A stretch of DNA of 64,000 bases from Eledone cirrhosa (GCA_964016885.1 OZ024752.1:14756001-14820000), one strand, 5' to 3'. Shown: positions 13,262 to 27,516, numbered from the stretch's first letter. The notes: generated by a model from the letters alone, not told the origin. A program made the numbers and translations.

Positions 13262-13449
13262 GCGGTGGATTGGCAGTATCGGTAGAGGGTCGGGCGCCAT
13301 GCTTTGAAGCATAGAGTTACCTCCCTTTATGATCTGAGTTCAAATCCCGCCGAGGTTAACGTTGCCTTTCATCCTTACGGGGGTCGATAAAATAAAGTAC
13401 CAGTAATGCACTGGGATAATTGCTGACCTGGTGCCAAAAGTAGAAACAA
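13262..13449 (+). mobile_element. Full-length tRNA-derived SINE
   Basis: A/B boxes and shared body. Confidence 0.9.
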
Positions 13450-13489
13450 TTATATATCACTGATAATATAAGCGCTTATGTATATTGTG

Positions 13490-13650
13490 AAGGCGCATGT
13501 CTTAATGGTTAGAGCATTGGGCTTGCAATCAAAAGGTTGTGACTTCAATTCTCGGACCGGGTGTGACTTCAATTCTCGGATGTGTTTTTTCCTTGAGCAA
13601 GACACTTTATTTCACGTTGCTCCAGTTTACTCAGCTGTAGAAATGAGAAC
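13490..13650 (+). mobile_element. Second tRNA-derived SINE family (CORE-like domain)
   Basis: tRNA-like head followed by ccttgagcaagacactttatttcacgttgctc; related pieces at ~46400-46480 (+) and ~43370-43450 (-). Confidence 0.6.
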
Positions 13651-14156
13651 ATATGACTGGGATCCCTATCATTAAATTACCCAAGATACCTCCGACGAGG
13701 TATACCTTGGAGGAGGCTAAACCTGCATAGGTGTGAGCTGTCACACACACACTACAAATGCATTACTTGGCACGAGCCAAATATAATGCATTTGTAGTGT
13801 CGTGGAGCTTAATGTCCCCTGGCGCTTAGTACCCCGATTGCCCTATACATATACACCAGGTTCGAAAACAAAGGAACCAAACTCCCACTGTCACTGCCTC
13901 CCGCTCTCCTTATCTTTCAATATTATGGGCATTGTATATATATATATATATATATAGACTGTTATATTGGGAGTTGTCCTCTCTTTCTCTCTCTCTCTCT
14001 ATCTCTCTGTCTCTCTCTCTCTCTCTCTCATATATATAAGATGGCCGAATGAATACGCACGCGTGTTTTTTTCTCCCCCACCCACCTCATCTTTAGCCGT
14101 TCTTTCCCCTTATCAAACTTTACTTACTATTTATGTTCTATTTCTACCTCTATCTA

Positions 14157-14185
14157 CTGATGAAGGACTAGTGTCCGAGACGTTA
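14157..14185 (+). ncRNA. Degenerate minimal hammerhead
   Basis: CUGAUGA A GGAC UAGU GUCC GAGAC GUU; GAAA mutated and stem I poor. Confidence 0.5.
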
Positions 14186-14304
14186 ACACACTCTAACTTC
14201 TATTTCAAGCATTAAACTAATATATCTCTTACATTTACTGTACCATTTCTTTTGTAATTGTTGTTTACCATATATATATATGTAAGAATATTTTCGAAAT
14301 TATT

Positions 14305-14545
14305 AGAAATGTAAGATATCGCCGTATTTTGACTAAAGAAATTAAAGAAATTATTTAGCCTGTTAGTGGGGTTAAGAACCGGGTCCGGATAGCACAGTGG
14401 TCCGGATAACTAAAGATGTGGGTTCGACTCCCATATACGTCAATACTCATCCTTTTCCATTTCTCCGAGGGTTCTTAACCCCACTAACAGGCTAAATAAT
14501 TTCTTTAATTTCTTTAGTCAAAATACGGCGATAGCTTACATTTCT
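14305..14545. repeat. 76-bp inverted repeats flanking a tRNA-like spacer
   Basis: 14305-14380 is the reverse complement of 14470-14545; spacer has tagcacagtgg and ggttcgactcc. Confidence 0.8.
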
Positions 14546-14635
14546 CTCTCTCTCTATCTCTATCTATCTCTCTATCTCTCTATCTCTATCTCTCTCTCTA
14601 TAAATAAGTAGTAACACAACAGTTAGTTCAGTATA

Positions 14636-14676
14636 CCGAGAACAATTGTTTCATATTATGCGGATCTTCAGCTCGG
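14636..14676 (-). ncRNA. Minimal hammerhead (stem II decayed) within a short fold-back
   Basis: CCGAG CUGAAGA UCC..GAAA CAAUUG UU CUCGG; sister copy at 44682-44722. Confidence 0.55.
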
Positions 14677-15179
14677 ACTGGTAAGGTGAAACAATTGTTC
14701 TCGGTATGCTGAACTAACTGTTGTGTTACTACTTCTACCATACTCGTCCCATGGATTGAGTGCTCTACCACTTCGGATATTACCTTCCAGTCTCTCTCTC
14801 TCTCTCTCTCTAAATAAAAATCACGCGTGTATTTCCACGCAGTAAACAGCATTGTTTTATACAATGCATATACATTTTTCTTTGATATGTTAGTATGTGT
14901 GCAGGCGTTTATGCTCGTTTGTGTATGTATATGTGCATATGGATGTACATATGATGGCGTTATATGTGTGTGTAATTTCAAATACATTTGTTCCTTCACG
15001 AATGTTTCAATGTTACTTTCAGCGTAGACGAATATGACATTTCATGTAGACACACATAAGTATCGTACTAAAGATATTCTGGTTTACAGCTTGAAGTTAC
15101 ACACACCTAGGTTAACGTAACATCTCGATACAGTCAAGTTAGTTATTCATATCATTTTTGAACGTATGCTTGGAGTCGG

Positions 15180-15378
15180 TATATGTATATATATATATAT
15201 ATATATATAATGTATATGTATATATATAATGTATATATATATATATAATGTAATGTATATGTATATATATATATGTATATATGTATATATATATGTATGT
15301 ATATATATATATATGTATAGGTATATATGTATATATATATATATGTATATATGTATATATATATATATATATATAATG

Positions 15379-15409
<31 letters not shown>

Positions 15410-15933
15410 GTAATGTATATGTAATGTATATGTAATGTATATGTATATATATATATGTAATGTATATGTATATATATATATATATGTAATGTATATGTAT
15501 ATATATATATGTAATGTATATGTATATATATATGTAATGTATATGTATATATATATATGTAATGTATATGTATATATATATGTAATGTATATGTATATAT
15601 ATATATATATGTAATGTATATGTATATATATATATGTAATGTATATGTATATATATATATGTAATGTATATGTATATATATAGATGTAATGTATATGTAT
15701 ATATATATATATATATATATAGATGTAATGTATATGTATATATATATATGTAATGTATATGTATATATATATATATATAATGTATATGTATATATATGTA
15801 TATGTATATATATATATGTATGTATATGTATATATATATATATGTGTATGTATATGTATATATATGTATATATATGTATATGTATATATATATATGTATA
15901 TATATGTATATATATATATATATAATGTATATG

Positions 15934-15967
<34 letters not shown>

Positions 15968-16018
15968 ATGTATATGTATATATATATAATGTATATGTAT
16001 ATATATATAATGTATATG

Positions 16019-16050
<32 letters not shown>

Positions 16051-16098
16051 ATGTATATGTATATATACATATAATGTATATGTATATATATATATATA

Positions 16099-16133
<35 letters not shown>

Positions 16134-16183
16134 GTATATATATATATATAATGTATATGTATATATATATATATATGTATATG

Positions 16184-16265
<82 letters not shown>

Positions 16266-16454
16266 TATATGTATATATATATATATAATGTATATGTATA
16301 TATATGTATATATATAATGTATATGTATATATATATATAATGTATATGTATATATATATATATATAATGCATATGTATGTATATATATATAATGTATATG
16401 TATATATATATATATATATATATAATGTATATGTATATATATATATATAATATA

Positions 16455-16498
<44 letters not shown>

Positions 16499-16499
16499 G

Positions 16500-16533
<34 letters not shown>

Positions 16534-16573
16534 ATGTATATGTATATATATATATATATATGTATATAATATA

Positions 16574-16607
<34 letters not shown>

Positions 16608-16664
16608 ATGTATATGTATATGTATATATATATTATGTATATGTATATATATATATATATGATG

Positions 16665-16704
<40 letters not shown>

Positions 16705-16736
16705 GTATATATATATGTATATATATATATATGATG

Positions 16737-16786
<50 letters not shown>

Positions 16787-16843
16787 GTATATGTATATAT
16801 ATATATATATATATAATGTATATGTATATGTATATATATAATG

Positions 16844-16874
<31 letters not shown>

Positions 16875-16880
16875 ATAATG

Positions 16881-16929
<49 letters not shown>

Positions 16930-17120
16930 TGTATATATATATATAATGTATATGTATATATATATATATATATATTATGTATATGTATATATATATTATG
17001 TATATGTATATATATATAATGTATATGTATATATGTATATATATATATAATGTATATGTATATATATTATGTATATGTATATATATATAATGTATATGTA
17101 TATATGTAAATATATATATA

Positions 17121-17185
<65 letters not shown>

Positions 17186-17420
17186 GTATATGTATATGTA
17201 TATATATGTATATAATGTATATGTATATGTACATATAATATATATATATATATATAATGTATATGTATATATATAATGTATATATATATATATATATATA
17301 TAATGTATATGTATATATATAATGTATATATATATATATATATATAATGTATATGTATATATATAATGTATATATATATGTATATATATATATATATAAT
17401 GTATATGTATATATATAATG

Positions 17421-17468
<48 letters not shown>

Positions 17469-17539
17469 GTATATGTATATATATATAATGTATATAGATA
17501 TGTATATATATATATATATAATGTATATGTATATATATA

Positions 17540-17580
<41 letters not shown>

Positions 17581-18275
17581 GTATATGTATATATATAATG
17601 TATATATATATATATATATATATATAATGTATATGTATATATATAATGTATATGTATATATATAATGTATATGTATATATATAATGTATATGTATATATA
17701 TAATGTATATATATATATATAATGTATATATATAATGTATATATATATATATAATGTATATATATATATATAATGTATATATATATATATAATGTATATA
17801 TATATATATATAATGTATATATATATATAATGTATATATATATATATAATGTATATATATATATATAATGTATATGTATATATATAATGTATTTTTACAT
17901 ATAATGTATATATATATATAATGTATATATATATATATAATGTATATGTATATATATAATGTATTTTTACATATAATGTATATATATATATAATTGTTTC
18001 TACTTTTGGCACAAAGCCAGCAATTACCCAGTGTATTACTGGTACTTTATTTTATCGACCCCATAAGGATGAAAGGCAAAGTTAACCTCGGCGGGATTTG
18101 AACTCAGAATGGCAAGGGCCGTAACTCTATGCGTCAAAGCATGGCGTCCGACCCTCTACCGATACTGCCAATCCACTGGCCATTATATATATATAATGTA
18201 TATATATATATATATATAATGTATATATATATATATATATATAATGTATATATATATATAATGTATATATATATA

Positions 18276-18365
<90 letters not shown>

Positions 18366-18395
18366 TCTATATATATATATATATATATATATGTA

Positions 18396-18426
<31 letters not shown>

Positions 18427-18466
18427 TATATGTATATTTATATATATATATATATATGTATATGTA

Positions 18467-18513
<47 letters not shown>

Positions 18514-19004
18514 GTATATTTATATATATATATATATATAATGTATATATATATATATAATCTATATATATATATATAATGTATATATATATATATAATG
18601 TATATATATATATATAATGTATATATATATATAATGTATATATATATATATAATGTATATGTATATATATAATGTATATGTATATATATAATGTATATGT
18701 ATATGTATAATGTATATGTATATATAATGTATATGTGTATATATAATGTATATGTATATATATAATGTATATGTATGTATATAATGTATATGTATATATG
18801 TATATATATATAATGTATATGTATATATATAATGTATATGTATATATGTATATATATATATAATGTATATGTATATATATAATGTATATGTATATATGTA
18901 TATGTATATACGTATATATATAATGTATATGTATATATATAATGTATATGTATATATGTATATATTTATATGTATATATGTATATATATATATATAATGT
19001 ATAT
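15180..19004. repeat. ~3.8-kb compound (TA)n / TATAATGTATATG microsatellite, interrupted by a SINE
   Basis: direct reading; source of the YI-repeat ORFs. Confidence 0.95.
17993..18176 (-). mobile_element. tRNA-derived SINE
   Basis: A/B boxes and shared body. Confidence 0.9.
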
Positions 19005-19635
19005 AGGCAAACTATATTTATTTGAATTAGTTTATTTCATTCTTGCTAACTTCGTCTTTTACAATACAAACACTTTTGTGTTTATCATATATTAATTGAT
19101 ATTAACTTGTATTTCACGGCTCAGAAATGCTTCTTTCTTTGAGTTAATTAATTGTAAAGGACTGTTTGAGTTTATAACTCTAAATATAATATAATATTAC
19201 TGCTCCTTCTGTTGAGCTAATTGTTAATCCCATATAAACGGCTGTTATTTCTAGCGCCATGAATATAGGATAGCTAGTGAGCTGGAAAAACCTCGTGCGT
19301 TTGCGCTAGTCAACCAGACCTCCAATATTTTTTGGAGGTGAAACGTTCTGATTTTTCTGGGTACCTGTTGATAAGCACACAAAATTGGCCTATTTCACTT
19401 TCTATACTACCGTTGTGAAACTTATTTGGATTTTGAAATTCGGATTTTTCTGCGGAACAGGTTTGGATTTTGAAATTTAAATTTGTCCAGGTACTACGGC
19501 TATTTGCCAATATGGGTTTGTTTTTATTGATTTATTATTTTAAATCGAGACAGGCAAACTATATTTATTTGAATTAGTTTATTTCATTCTAGCTAACTTC
19601 GTCTTTTACAATACAAACACTTTTGTGTTTATCAT
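19005..19635. repeat. ~85-bp direct repeats ~547 bp apart (pLTR-like partial tandem)
   Basis: aggcaaactatatttatttgaattag...tgtgtttatcata at ~19005 and ~19552. Confidence 0.7.
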
Positions 19636-19974
19636 ATATATATATATATATATATTAATTCAAATATTAACAAAATAGATATTCTTGTGATCAAGTATAT
19701 TTTATTATACATATTTCAGAGGTACTGAGTTAACTTCAACAGTACGTCCTTATTTTATCACCACATAAAATAAGATGATGCATGACATACAATGACATAG
19801 TAGAGGGTTAAGATTCGGTCATGGTAGTGGGTAATATATGACATAACTAAATATTTATATATCTTAATATTGAGAATATGAGAAAAATATATAATACATA
19901 CAATAGGGAGGGTGCGTGGGACACACCTTAAACAATACTTGGCATCAATATAACAGTTAAACAAATTTAAATTA

Positions 19975-21710
19975 CTGGATAGATGGAACGGGTGGACCAG
20001 AACCATACGGACCCCCGAAAACCACGATGAACGACAGAAAATGATTGCGCATGCGGTGGGGGCCAGTATAAAATTAACCCTTAAGGAACATATGTTCAAA
20101 TTTAATGGAAAAACATATGCCCAAGAGGAGGGAGCAGCCATTGGTGTTAGCATTGCAGGTGACATAGCTAACCTATTCATGGTATGGTGGGACAATAGAC
20201 TTAAACTTAAAGACCAATTAGAAGACAGCAACCTCTTAACCCTGATAATGTACTCCCGCTACGTTGATGATATAAACATCGTAGTAAAAACACTCCCACT
20301 AGAGAACAGTCAGGAATTAGAGAAAAACACCATGGGAAGCATCCAGCAAATAGCTAGCTCCATCCACCAGAGTATTAGAGTTACTCTATACTACCCAAGC
20401 AAACACCCCAACCATCGATTACATGTACTAGACACAGAGCTCTGGTTAGAAACCATTAATAACAAAAAAACAAATCCTCCATTCCCATTATGCCAAACCC
20501 ATGACTTCCAAATATCTGATCCACCGAAACTCAGCTGTTTCGGACCACACCAAAATCAACATACTGATTGCGGATTTAGTACGGGTGATGAGAAACGTGT
20601 CCCGCATGTGCAACCCCAAAGAACTAGAGAGACACATAACACTTCATCCACCGTATGCAGTTCTCTGGTTACAATCAGAGAGATAAAATCAGAGTATATA
20701 GAGGAGCCAGAACCAAATGGGAAAAAATGGTTAATAATGATACAAATGGGACCCCCGCCCCTTGTATAGGAGAACATTTTGGAATAGAATAGAAATAACT
20801 ATGAATAAGTTTAATAGAATAAACTCATGGTATGATAGCAATAAATACCACAGTGTAATGTTCATCAATACAACCCCTAGAGGTGAATTAGCTCACACAT
20901 TTAGAAGGGCCCCAGATAAACATAAACTCAATATTAAGATAGTAGAAAGACCAGGTACCTCCATAAAAACACTTATTAGCAATACATACCCTTTTCAAAG
21001 GCATCCCTGTATAGATAAGAAATGTATAATCTGTAAACTAAGCCCCCATATTAACTGTAAAACTAGAAATGTAGTCTATAGCATAAGATGTATTGAAGGA
21101 CAATATAGAGATAAAAATATAGTGTACATAGGTGAGACAGCTCGTAGTATAGGAGAACGGATAAATGAACACTGGCGAGAGCTTCAAGATAGTAAAGAAT
21201 CATCTGTACTCCACCAACATATTAAAATAGAACATAAGGGTAAATTAGAGAACATAGAAATAAAAATAGAATCTACACACAGAAAAGACGCAATGTTTAG
21301 ACAAATCACAGAGGCAATAAACATGAATGGAATAGCAACATCACAACTTACAATTAAGGACAAAATGAAAACACACACACACAGAGAACAAACAACCAAC
21401 CAGTAACATGTAAATAAACAAATAAATAAACAAATATAAACACACACAGACACCCGGATGTAACACATGCGCAAACTAAGCACACAACACACACAAAAAC
21501 AAGATGGCGTGGTACAGAACAAAGAGAGGCACAGAAACAAAGAAAAGAATCCCCAGTCACTGAAGTAGTCACAGAATGTGTGACGAAAGCACTTTGACAA
21601 TATATAAACAATCGTCTGGTTGTGGAACCAACCAACCAACCAACCGGACATTTATAAATTCTTAAATTTATAAATTTAATTTATAATACATTGGAGTGAA
21701 AGCAACTGGT
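19975..21710 (+). mobile_element. 5'-truncated, frameshifted Penelope-like element (RT + GIY-YIG endonuclease + pLTR)
   Basis: RT motifs FNGKTYAQEEGAAIG, IANLFM, YSRYVDD (20041-20769); CxxC linker and GIY-YIG NVVYSIRC..YIGETARSIGERINEH (20762-21406); 3' pLTR shared with 3148-4001. Confidence 0.92.
21556..21598 (+). ncRNA. Hammerhead in PLE pLTR, core mutated (CUGAAGUA)
   Basis: homolog of 3806-3848. Confidence 0.6.
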
Positions 21711-22028
21711 GTATATATATATATATATATATATACATATATACATATATATACATATATACATATATATACATATATACATATATATACATATATATAT
21801 ATATACATATATAAATATATATATACATATATAAATATATATATATATACATATATATGTATATACATATATACATATATATTTTGAGTATATGTTGGTT
21901 GTATACTAACACCTCAGTATGCAGTTTGGAGCACTCGTCGAAGTGCGCAGGTTGGTTTGGTTACTCCGGAGTAATGTAAAATAAAATAAATAAATAAGTC
22001 AAATGTTTAAAATTCGGCTTCGTTCATT

Positions 22029-22083
22029 ACTGCTATATATATTTCGGTGACAGCCATCTTTGGCTGTGACCTCTTAAGGCAGT
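22029..22083 (-). ncRNA. Type I hammerhead with single core mutation (CUUAAGA)
   Basis: ACUGC CUUAAGA GGUCACAGCC AAAGAU GGCUGUCACC GAAA UAUAUA UA GCAGU. Confidence 0.65.
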
Positions 22084-22598
22084 CCGAATTAGTGTGGTAG
22101 AGACGAGTACATGTGTTGTAGAGGTGTTTAACTTCGTCCATACTCTGATATGCCCAGTTCCTGGTTGGGTTGTTATTTCACTGAGGAACTGGAATCATAT
22201 GAATTTAATCAAACGAATTTCAGCCTCAAAGGACATCGTCTCCTCTCATTGGTCAGTTGTGAGAACATTCCTCAGTCAAAAGTCTATAGAAATTAATTCT
22301 GAGGCGAGGCAATCTGTAGTGGTTTTTCTTGTTATTGTTAAGTACATCTGACCTCTACACTAATGTTGATACTGGTGTTGGTCTTGGAGTCAGCTCAAAA
22401 AATGATAAAATGGTAGAAGGAATAAGATGGTAAAGGAACAAAATAAAATAATCAAATAAAATGTGTGTGTGTTATACCTAATCTCCATGTTAGAAAGATC
22501 TGTAAGACCATCCTCCCATTGGTCAGTTTTGAGAGCATTCTTCAGTCATATATATACATATATACATATATATATTTCTATATACATGTATATATTTC

Positions 22599-22658
<60 letters not shown>

Positions 22659-22789
22659 AATAAATAATGTAGGTATACTAGTTATCTACTTTAACATCGA
22701 GCTACAAGATTATTTAACAGTCACATAGAAATATATCACAAATTTTGACACACCAATGTACATTTTACTTTGGACGTTATATGTATCCT

Positions 22790-22974
22790 GCGTGGAATTG
22801 TAGTATCGGTAGAGGGGCAGACGCCATGCTTTGACGCATAAAGTTACGGCCCATGCTATTCTGAGATCAAATCCCGCTGAGGTTAAATTTGCATTTTATC
22901 CTTACGCGGTCGATAAAATAAAGTACCAGTAATGCACTGGTAATTGCTGGCCTTGTGCCAAAAAGTAGAAACAA
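22790..22974 (+). mobile_element. tRNA-derived SINE (diverged)
   Basis: shared body. Confidence 0.85.
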
Positions 22975-22999
22975 TTATTTTGTATACCATTTTTAATGA

Positions 23000-24600
23000 T
23001 ACATACAGGAAATATTTTCTCTAATTTCAGTGAAAGTTTTCATTAAAGTTAGATAAAATATTAGAAGTAAAGGTTTCTAAAGAAATGTTGAAGAGAAATA
23101 TAATTAAATGATACTTTTTTTAATGTTTAATGAAAATACCTGATCGAATTATTTTGAAAATATTTGATTTAATTATTGATAAAATTTCTAGAACACAACT
23201 GAGGAAATTTTGATGAAATTTTGGAACGAGAATTGCTAGAATATTTCATGGAAAGATTGTGAAAACATTTGGGGAACATTTATGGAAAACTGTTTTTCCT
23301 GAAATGTTTGGGAATATTTTTATGCAATATCAGTGTAAATGTCTTTCGGAAGTTTTAGGATAATCTTTGATCAAAAACGGGGGATATATTTTTAAATTGC
23401 AATATTTCATAAAATTGCGATGAACTCTTGCTGAAATTAGTTAGAAAATATTTGATTAAATTACAAAGAAAGTCTTTTGAAGAAATTTTAAGAAGAAATC
23501 TTATGAATTGTTTATGAATTTTTCTGTGATATTGTTCGTGAAAATATTAGGAAAATTCTGGATTGAAATGCTTCAAATTTAAAACATCAAATAATGTGAG
23601 GAAAACTTTGGCGAAATCATTAGAAAATTATTAATAAAAATAACTTTAAAAAATCTTAATGAAATTGTTGTTAAAGTTTGATGAAAATGTTTGTAAAATC
23701 ATTAGGCAAACTCGAATTGAATTTTAATTAAATTATTGAACAAAACTTTTCGGAAAATGTTTTCTGAAAATTTTGGGAAATATAAATATTTGTTTTTATG
23801 AACGATTTGAAATCTGGTATGAACTATTTCAGATAATTTTGGATGAAATGATTGTAAATATTTTGGGAAAAAATATTGATGACTTTTTTATAGTCCATTT
23901 GCAACATTTTTCATGCAAACGTCGGGAAATCGTTTACCTAATTCTGGAATAAACCAATTTCTTTGAAAATACTTCCAAAACATTTTCATGGAATTTTTAA
24001 TGAAATTTTAATATGATTTTCTAGAAAAACAATTGATAATTTTAATTAACATTTTAGGAATTATTGTGACAAAATTTAAAAATTTGTTTAACATTTTTTT
24101 GGAATCTTTAATAAAAACTTTAATGAAAATATTGTCAAAGTACTTGATTGAAGACATTTAGGGAAATGCTGAAACAATTTTAGGAAGTATTGAATGGTTT
24201 CAAGGAAATATTGATTCTTATATAGGAGATAACATATTTATGAATTTCTTAGGGAAATTTGGTTGGTGTTTTGGGAAAGATTTCGAGATTAGGTCAAATA
24301 TATGTGGAAAACTTATAAAGATTTCATGAAATACTCGAAACTTTGGGAAACATATTTCATGTAATTTTCGGGAAATGTTTCAAAGAACGTTGTTGAGAAA
24401 ATTAAGGAAACATTTAAATATATTGGTAGATATATTTCATAGAATTCTCATGAAATATTTGCTAAAAGATTTTATTAATATTTGGAAGAGTATTTTGAAG
24501 AAAGTGAAGGAAATGTTTTAATGAAATATGGGGTAGAATTGTACCGATATTTTCGGAAAATGTTGATAAATATATTGGGAAAATATATTATTAAATCTTC
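23000..24600. repeat. Strand-biased low-complexity region (recurring GGAAAT/GAAAAT/TGATGAAA)
   Basis: C-poor top strand with recurrent short motifs, no ORF. Confidence 0.5.
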
Positions 24601-25952
24601 TTATTTATCATTAAATCTTCTATATTATCTTCTTATTTATCATTAAATTTTCTTCTTTTTTTTTCTTTTTCCTTTTCTTTTTCTTATTTTGCTTGTTCTT
24701 TTTCTTCTATATAACAGAGAGTGAGAGTGTTTCAGCTTAATACAATTTTCTTAATGTACCAAATACTTAACTTCAGTATATACATTTGAAGATAAATATA
24801 CCATCAAATGTATATTTAATTAAACAGAATACCAAATATAATGTTTATTCCATATGTCAAAGAGCACATTCATCCAAAATATCAGAGATTCCAGGGAAAT
24901 ATAATTTGTCTTCTCTCTCCTTAGCTTTGATGGTAATTTTACGTTGAGAAATATGTCTAGAAAATCATGCTGGGTTCTCCTTACGATTTATATCTCAGAT
25001 ATATTAGTTTGCGACTTATTAAAAGTTTTGATTACTAATCTTCCAACTCACCTCATGCAAACATACACACACGCACACAATTATTCACACATATACAAGC
25101 ACACTCAACACACATATATACATATATATTTATATATTAAAAATTAATACAAAGTTCAAATCACAAAATCCCAAACAGAAAATTTTCATTATTTAAAATG
25201 TAGTTCGGAAACAAGGATATTCTAAGCTCTGTGGTCACAGATAGATACATTTCTATATATATTAAAGAGAGATATATTCAGAATTTAGAAATATTTAAAC
25301 GCATGTATTTCCGACGATCCCTGGAAAATGCGGAAATATTCTGTGCTAATATAGTTAACATTAATATATACGGATATCACTCAGTAGTTCAATACCACGC
25401 ACTTTCGGCAAGGAATTGTCTGAATACTCTAATATCAATATCTCCACTTCTTCCAAAGAATTATTCCCTGGTGATAGAACAACATCTTCCAATATTGGTT
25501 ATTTCAATGATTTGAATTGGCTGGTATTGATTTTTGTTTTGTTTTGTTTTATTGTTTTTGAAATCATGGTAGTCAGTTGATAATGAGTTAGACTAATTTG
25601 TATTGTTCTTGAAATCATGGTAGGCAGTTGATAATGAGTTAGACTAATTTATCTTTGTCTGCGTCTCCGTTGGTTTATATTAATGGTTTTGTCACTTGTA
25701 TTCGAGTTGTTGTTTACTCTAACAGTGTTTCTGTGCTTCCTATTGTGAGTTATCTACTTAAGTTTAATTCTCAGATTTCTATTGTTAATTTTAGCTATAT
25801 TCTGGGCTATGCATTTGGTCTTTGAAGTAAGCACAAAAAATAAATAGGGATGAATAAATGAAACCTTGTTTCTTATTTATTAAGGATGTACAAAGACCAT
25901 TGAGAAAAAATCGGCAGATAAATATATATATATATATATAGGAACAAGTAAG

Positions 25953-26046
25953 ACCCCGACGGCTGAGCTCAAGCCGTTTCGACGGCTAATTCTGGACTAA
26001 ATGAAAATTTATTCTGGTATTTAAATAGCCGAGCTTATCAAGGGGT
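25953..26046 (-). ncRNA. Type I hammerhead, U3-A8 variant core, extended stem II
   Basis: ACCCC UUGAUAA G..CGGCUA...UAGCCG.C GAAA CGGCU UGAGCUC AGCCG UC GGGGU. Confidence 0.75.
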
Positions 26047-26643
26047 AATTCCATATATGGTCAAAGAGATAATCACCAGGATTGGTCACATCACAAGTTA
26101 GTAGTAAATCTGTGATGGCAAATGGTGGGGGAAGGGGTAGCTAAACCTGCCGGTAGGAGAAAAAGGGAGAGGGGGTGGAGTAGACCCATTCATGCGTTGG
26201 TAGTGCCGGCTACAGCTGGGCGTGAGGTCAAAGAGGATACTGGGAAGGGGGAGGAAGTCGAACGGTAAGTAGAACAATGATGGGTAAAACTATAAAAAGT
26301 ACTGAGAGAGAAAAAAAAAAAGCAAAGTCTGGTTACTAAGACTTAAGTCTCTCGCTATTGCTAGGCTAAAGAAATACATAAATAAATAAATAAACAAATA
26401 AGTGAATAAAAGAATAGATAAATAAATTTAAAGAAAATATATATATATATGGATGCAGTAAAAACATGTCTAGACTTTTACTCACCGAGGTACTCGATTC
26501 TTGGGGTGATATAGTGTAATAATAAGGTTTCGGGACCACAAACGTTGAGCTCTTGCCGTTTGAAAAGCTGACTCAGACTGGAACTAGCTGTTGAAACGGC
26601 CCTTGGGGTCCCGATTTTTTCATATTATGTTGCACGCACGCGC

Positions 26644-26718
<75 letters not shown>

Positions 26719-26845
26719 ACACACACACACACAAACACACATACATACATACATACATACATACATACATACATACATACATACATACATACATACATAC
26801 ATTTGTTTTGCAAGGTTTTTGATATCAAATCGTGAGTCGAAACAA

Positions 26846-27200
26846 ATATTGTTATACTTGGGGAAGGTCATTTTGATGTAATAATATTGCCACAATTAAT
26901 AACAGAACACACTCACAGTTTGGTTGGTTTTCGCTTTTGTATCTTTGATATCAGTTAATTCATTCGGTCCTCAATGCTACCATTGACTGACCAACGGTAA
27001 AAAATATAGATATAATATGAACACAAACACATATATATATATAGTCTAACAAAGTTCTTTCGTTGCACATCTGCAACATCGTCAATGATTCTATTATGTT
27101 CCTCCTGTCGTATTGTATATCTACAAACCAAACAGTGAGTGTGTTCTGTTATTAATTTTGGCAATATTATTACAACAATATGACCCTCCCCAAGTATAAC
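26846..27200. repeat. ~80-bp inverted repeats related to PLE pLTR terminus
   Basis: tattgttatacttggggaaggtcat matches the terminus of 3148-4001; reverse complement at ~27125-27200. Confidence 0.65.
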
Positions 27201-27211
27201 TATATATATAT

Positions 27212-27253
<42 letters not shown>

Positions 27254-27344
27254 CAAAGTTAAGGATACACTTACATTTTCCCATAAACAATTGCTTCAAC
27301 TATGACTTATTACGAATTTATAAATTACCATTGATAGCGAATAT

Positions 27345-27369
27345 GAATATGTATATATATATATATATA

Positions 27370-27400
<31 letters not shown>

Positions 27401-27429
27401 GTGTGTATATATATTTATGTGTGTATATA

Positions 27430-27464
<35 letters not shown>

Positions 27465-27481
27465 GTGTATATATATATATA

Positions 27482-27516
<35 letters not shown>

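Noticed and set aside
15147-18560. Long YI/IY-repeat ORFs (also 27244-28769, 49250-51101, 54021-55507, 59620-60811, 61358-61961)
   Set aside because: Translations of (TA)n/(TATG)n microsatellites that lack stops by composition; not genes.
25558-25650. 51-bp tandem duplication
   Set aside because: Simple local duplication with no further structure.
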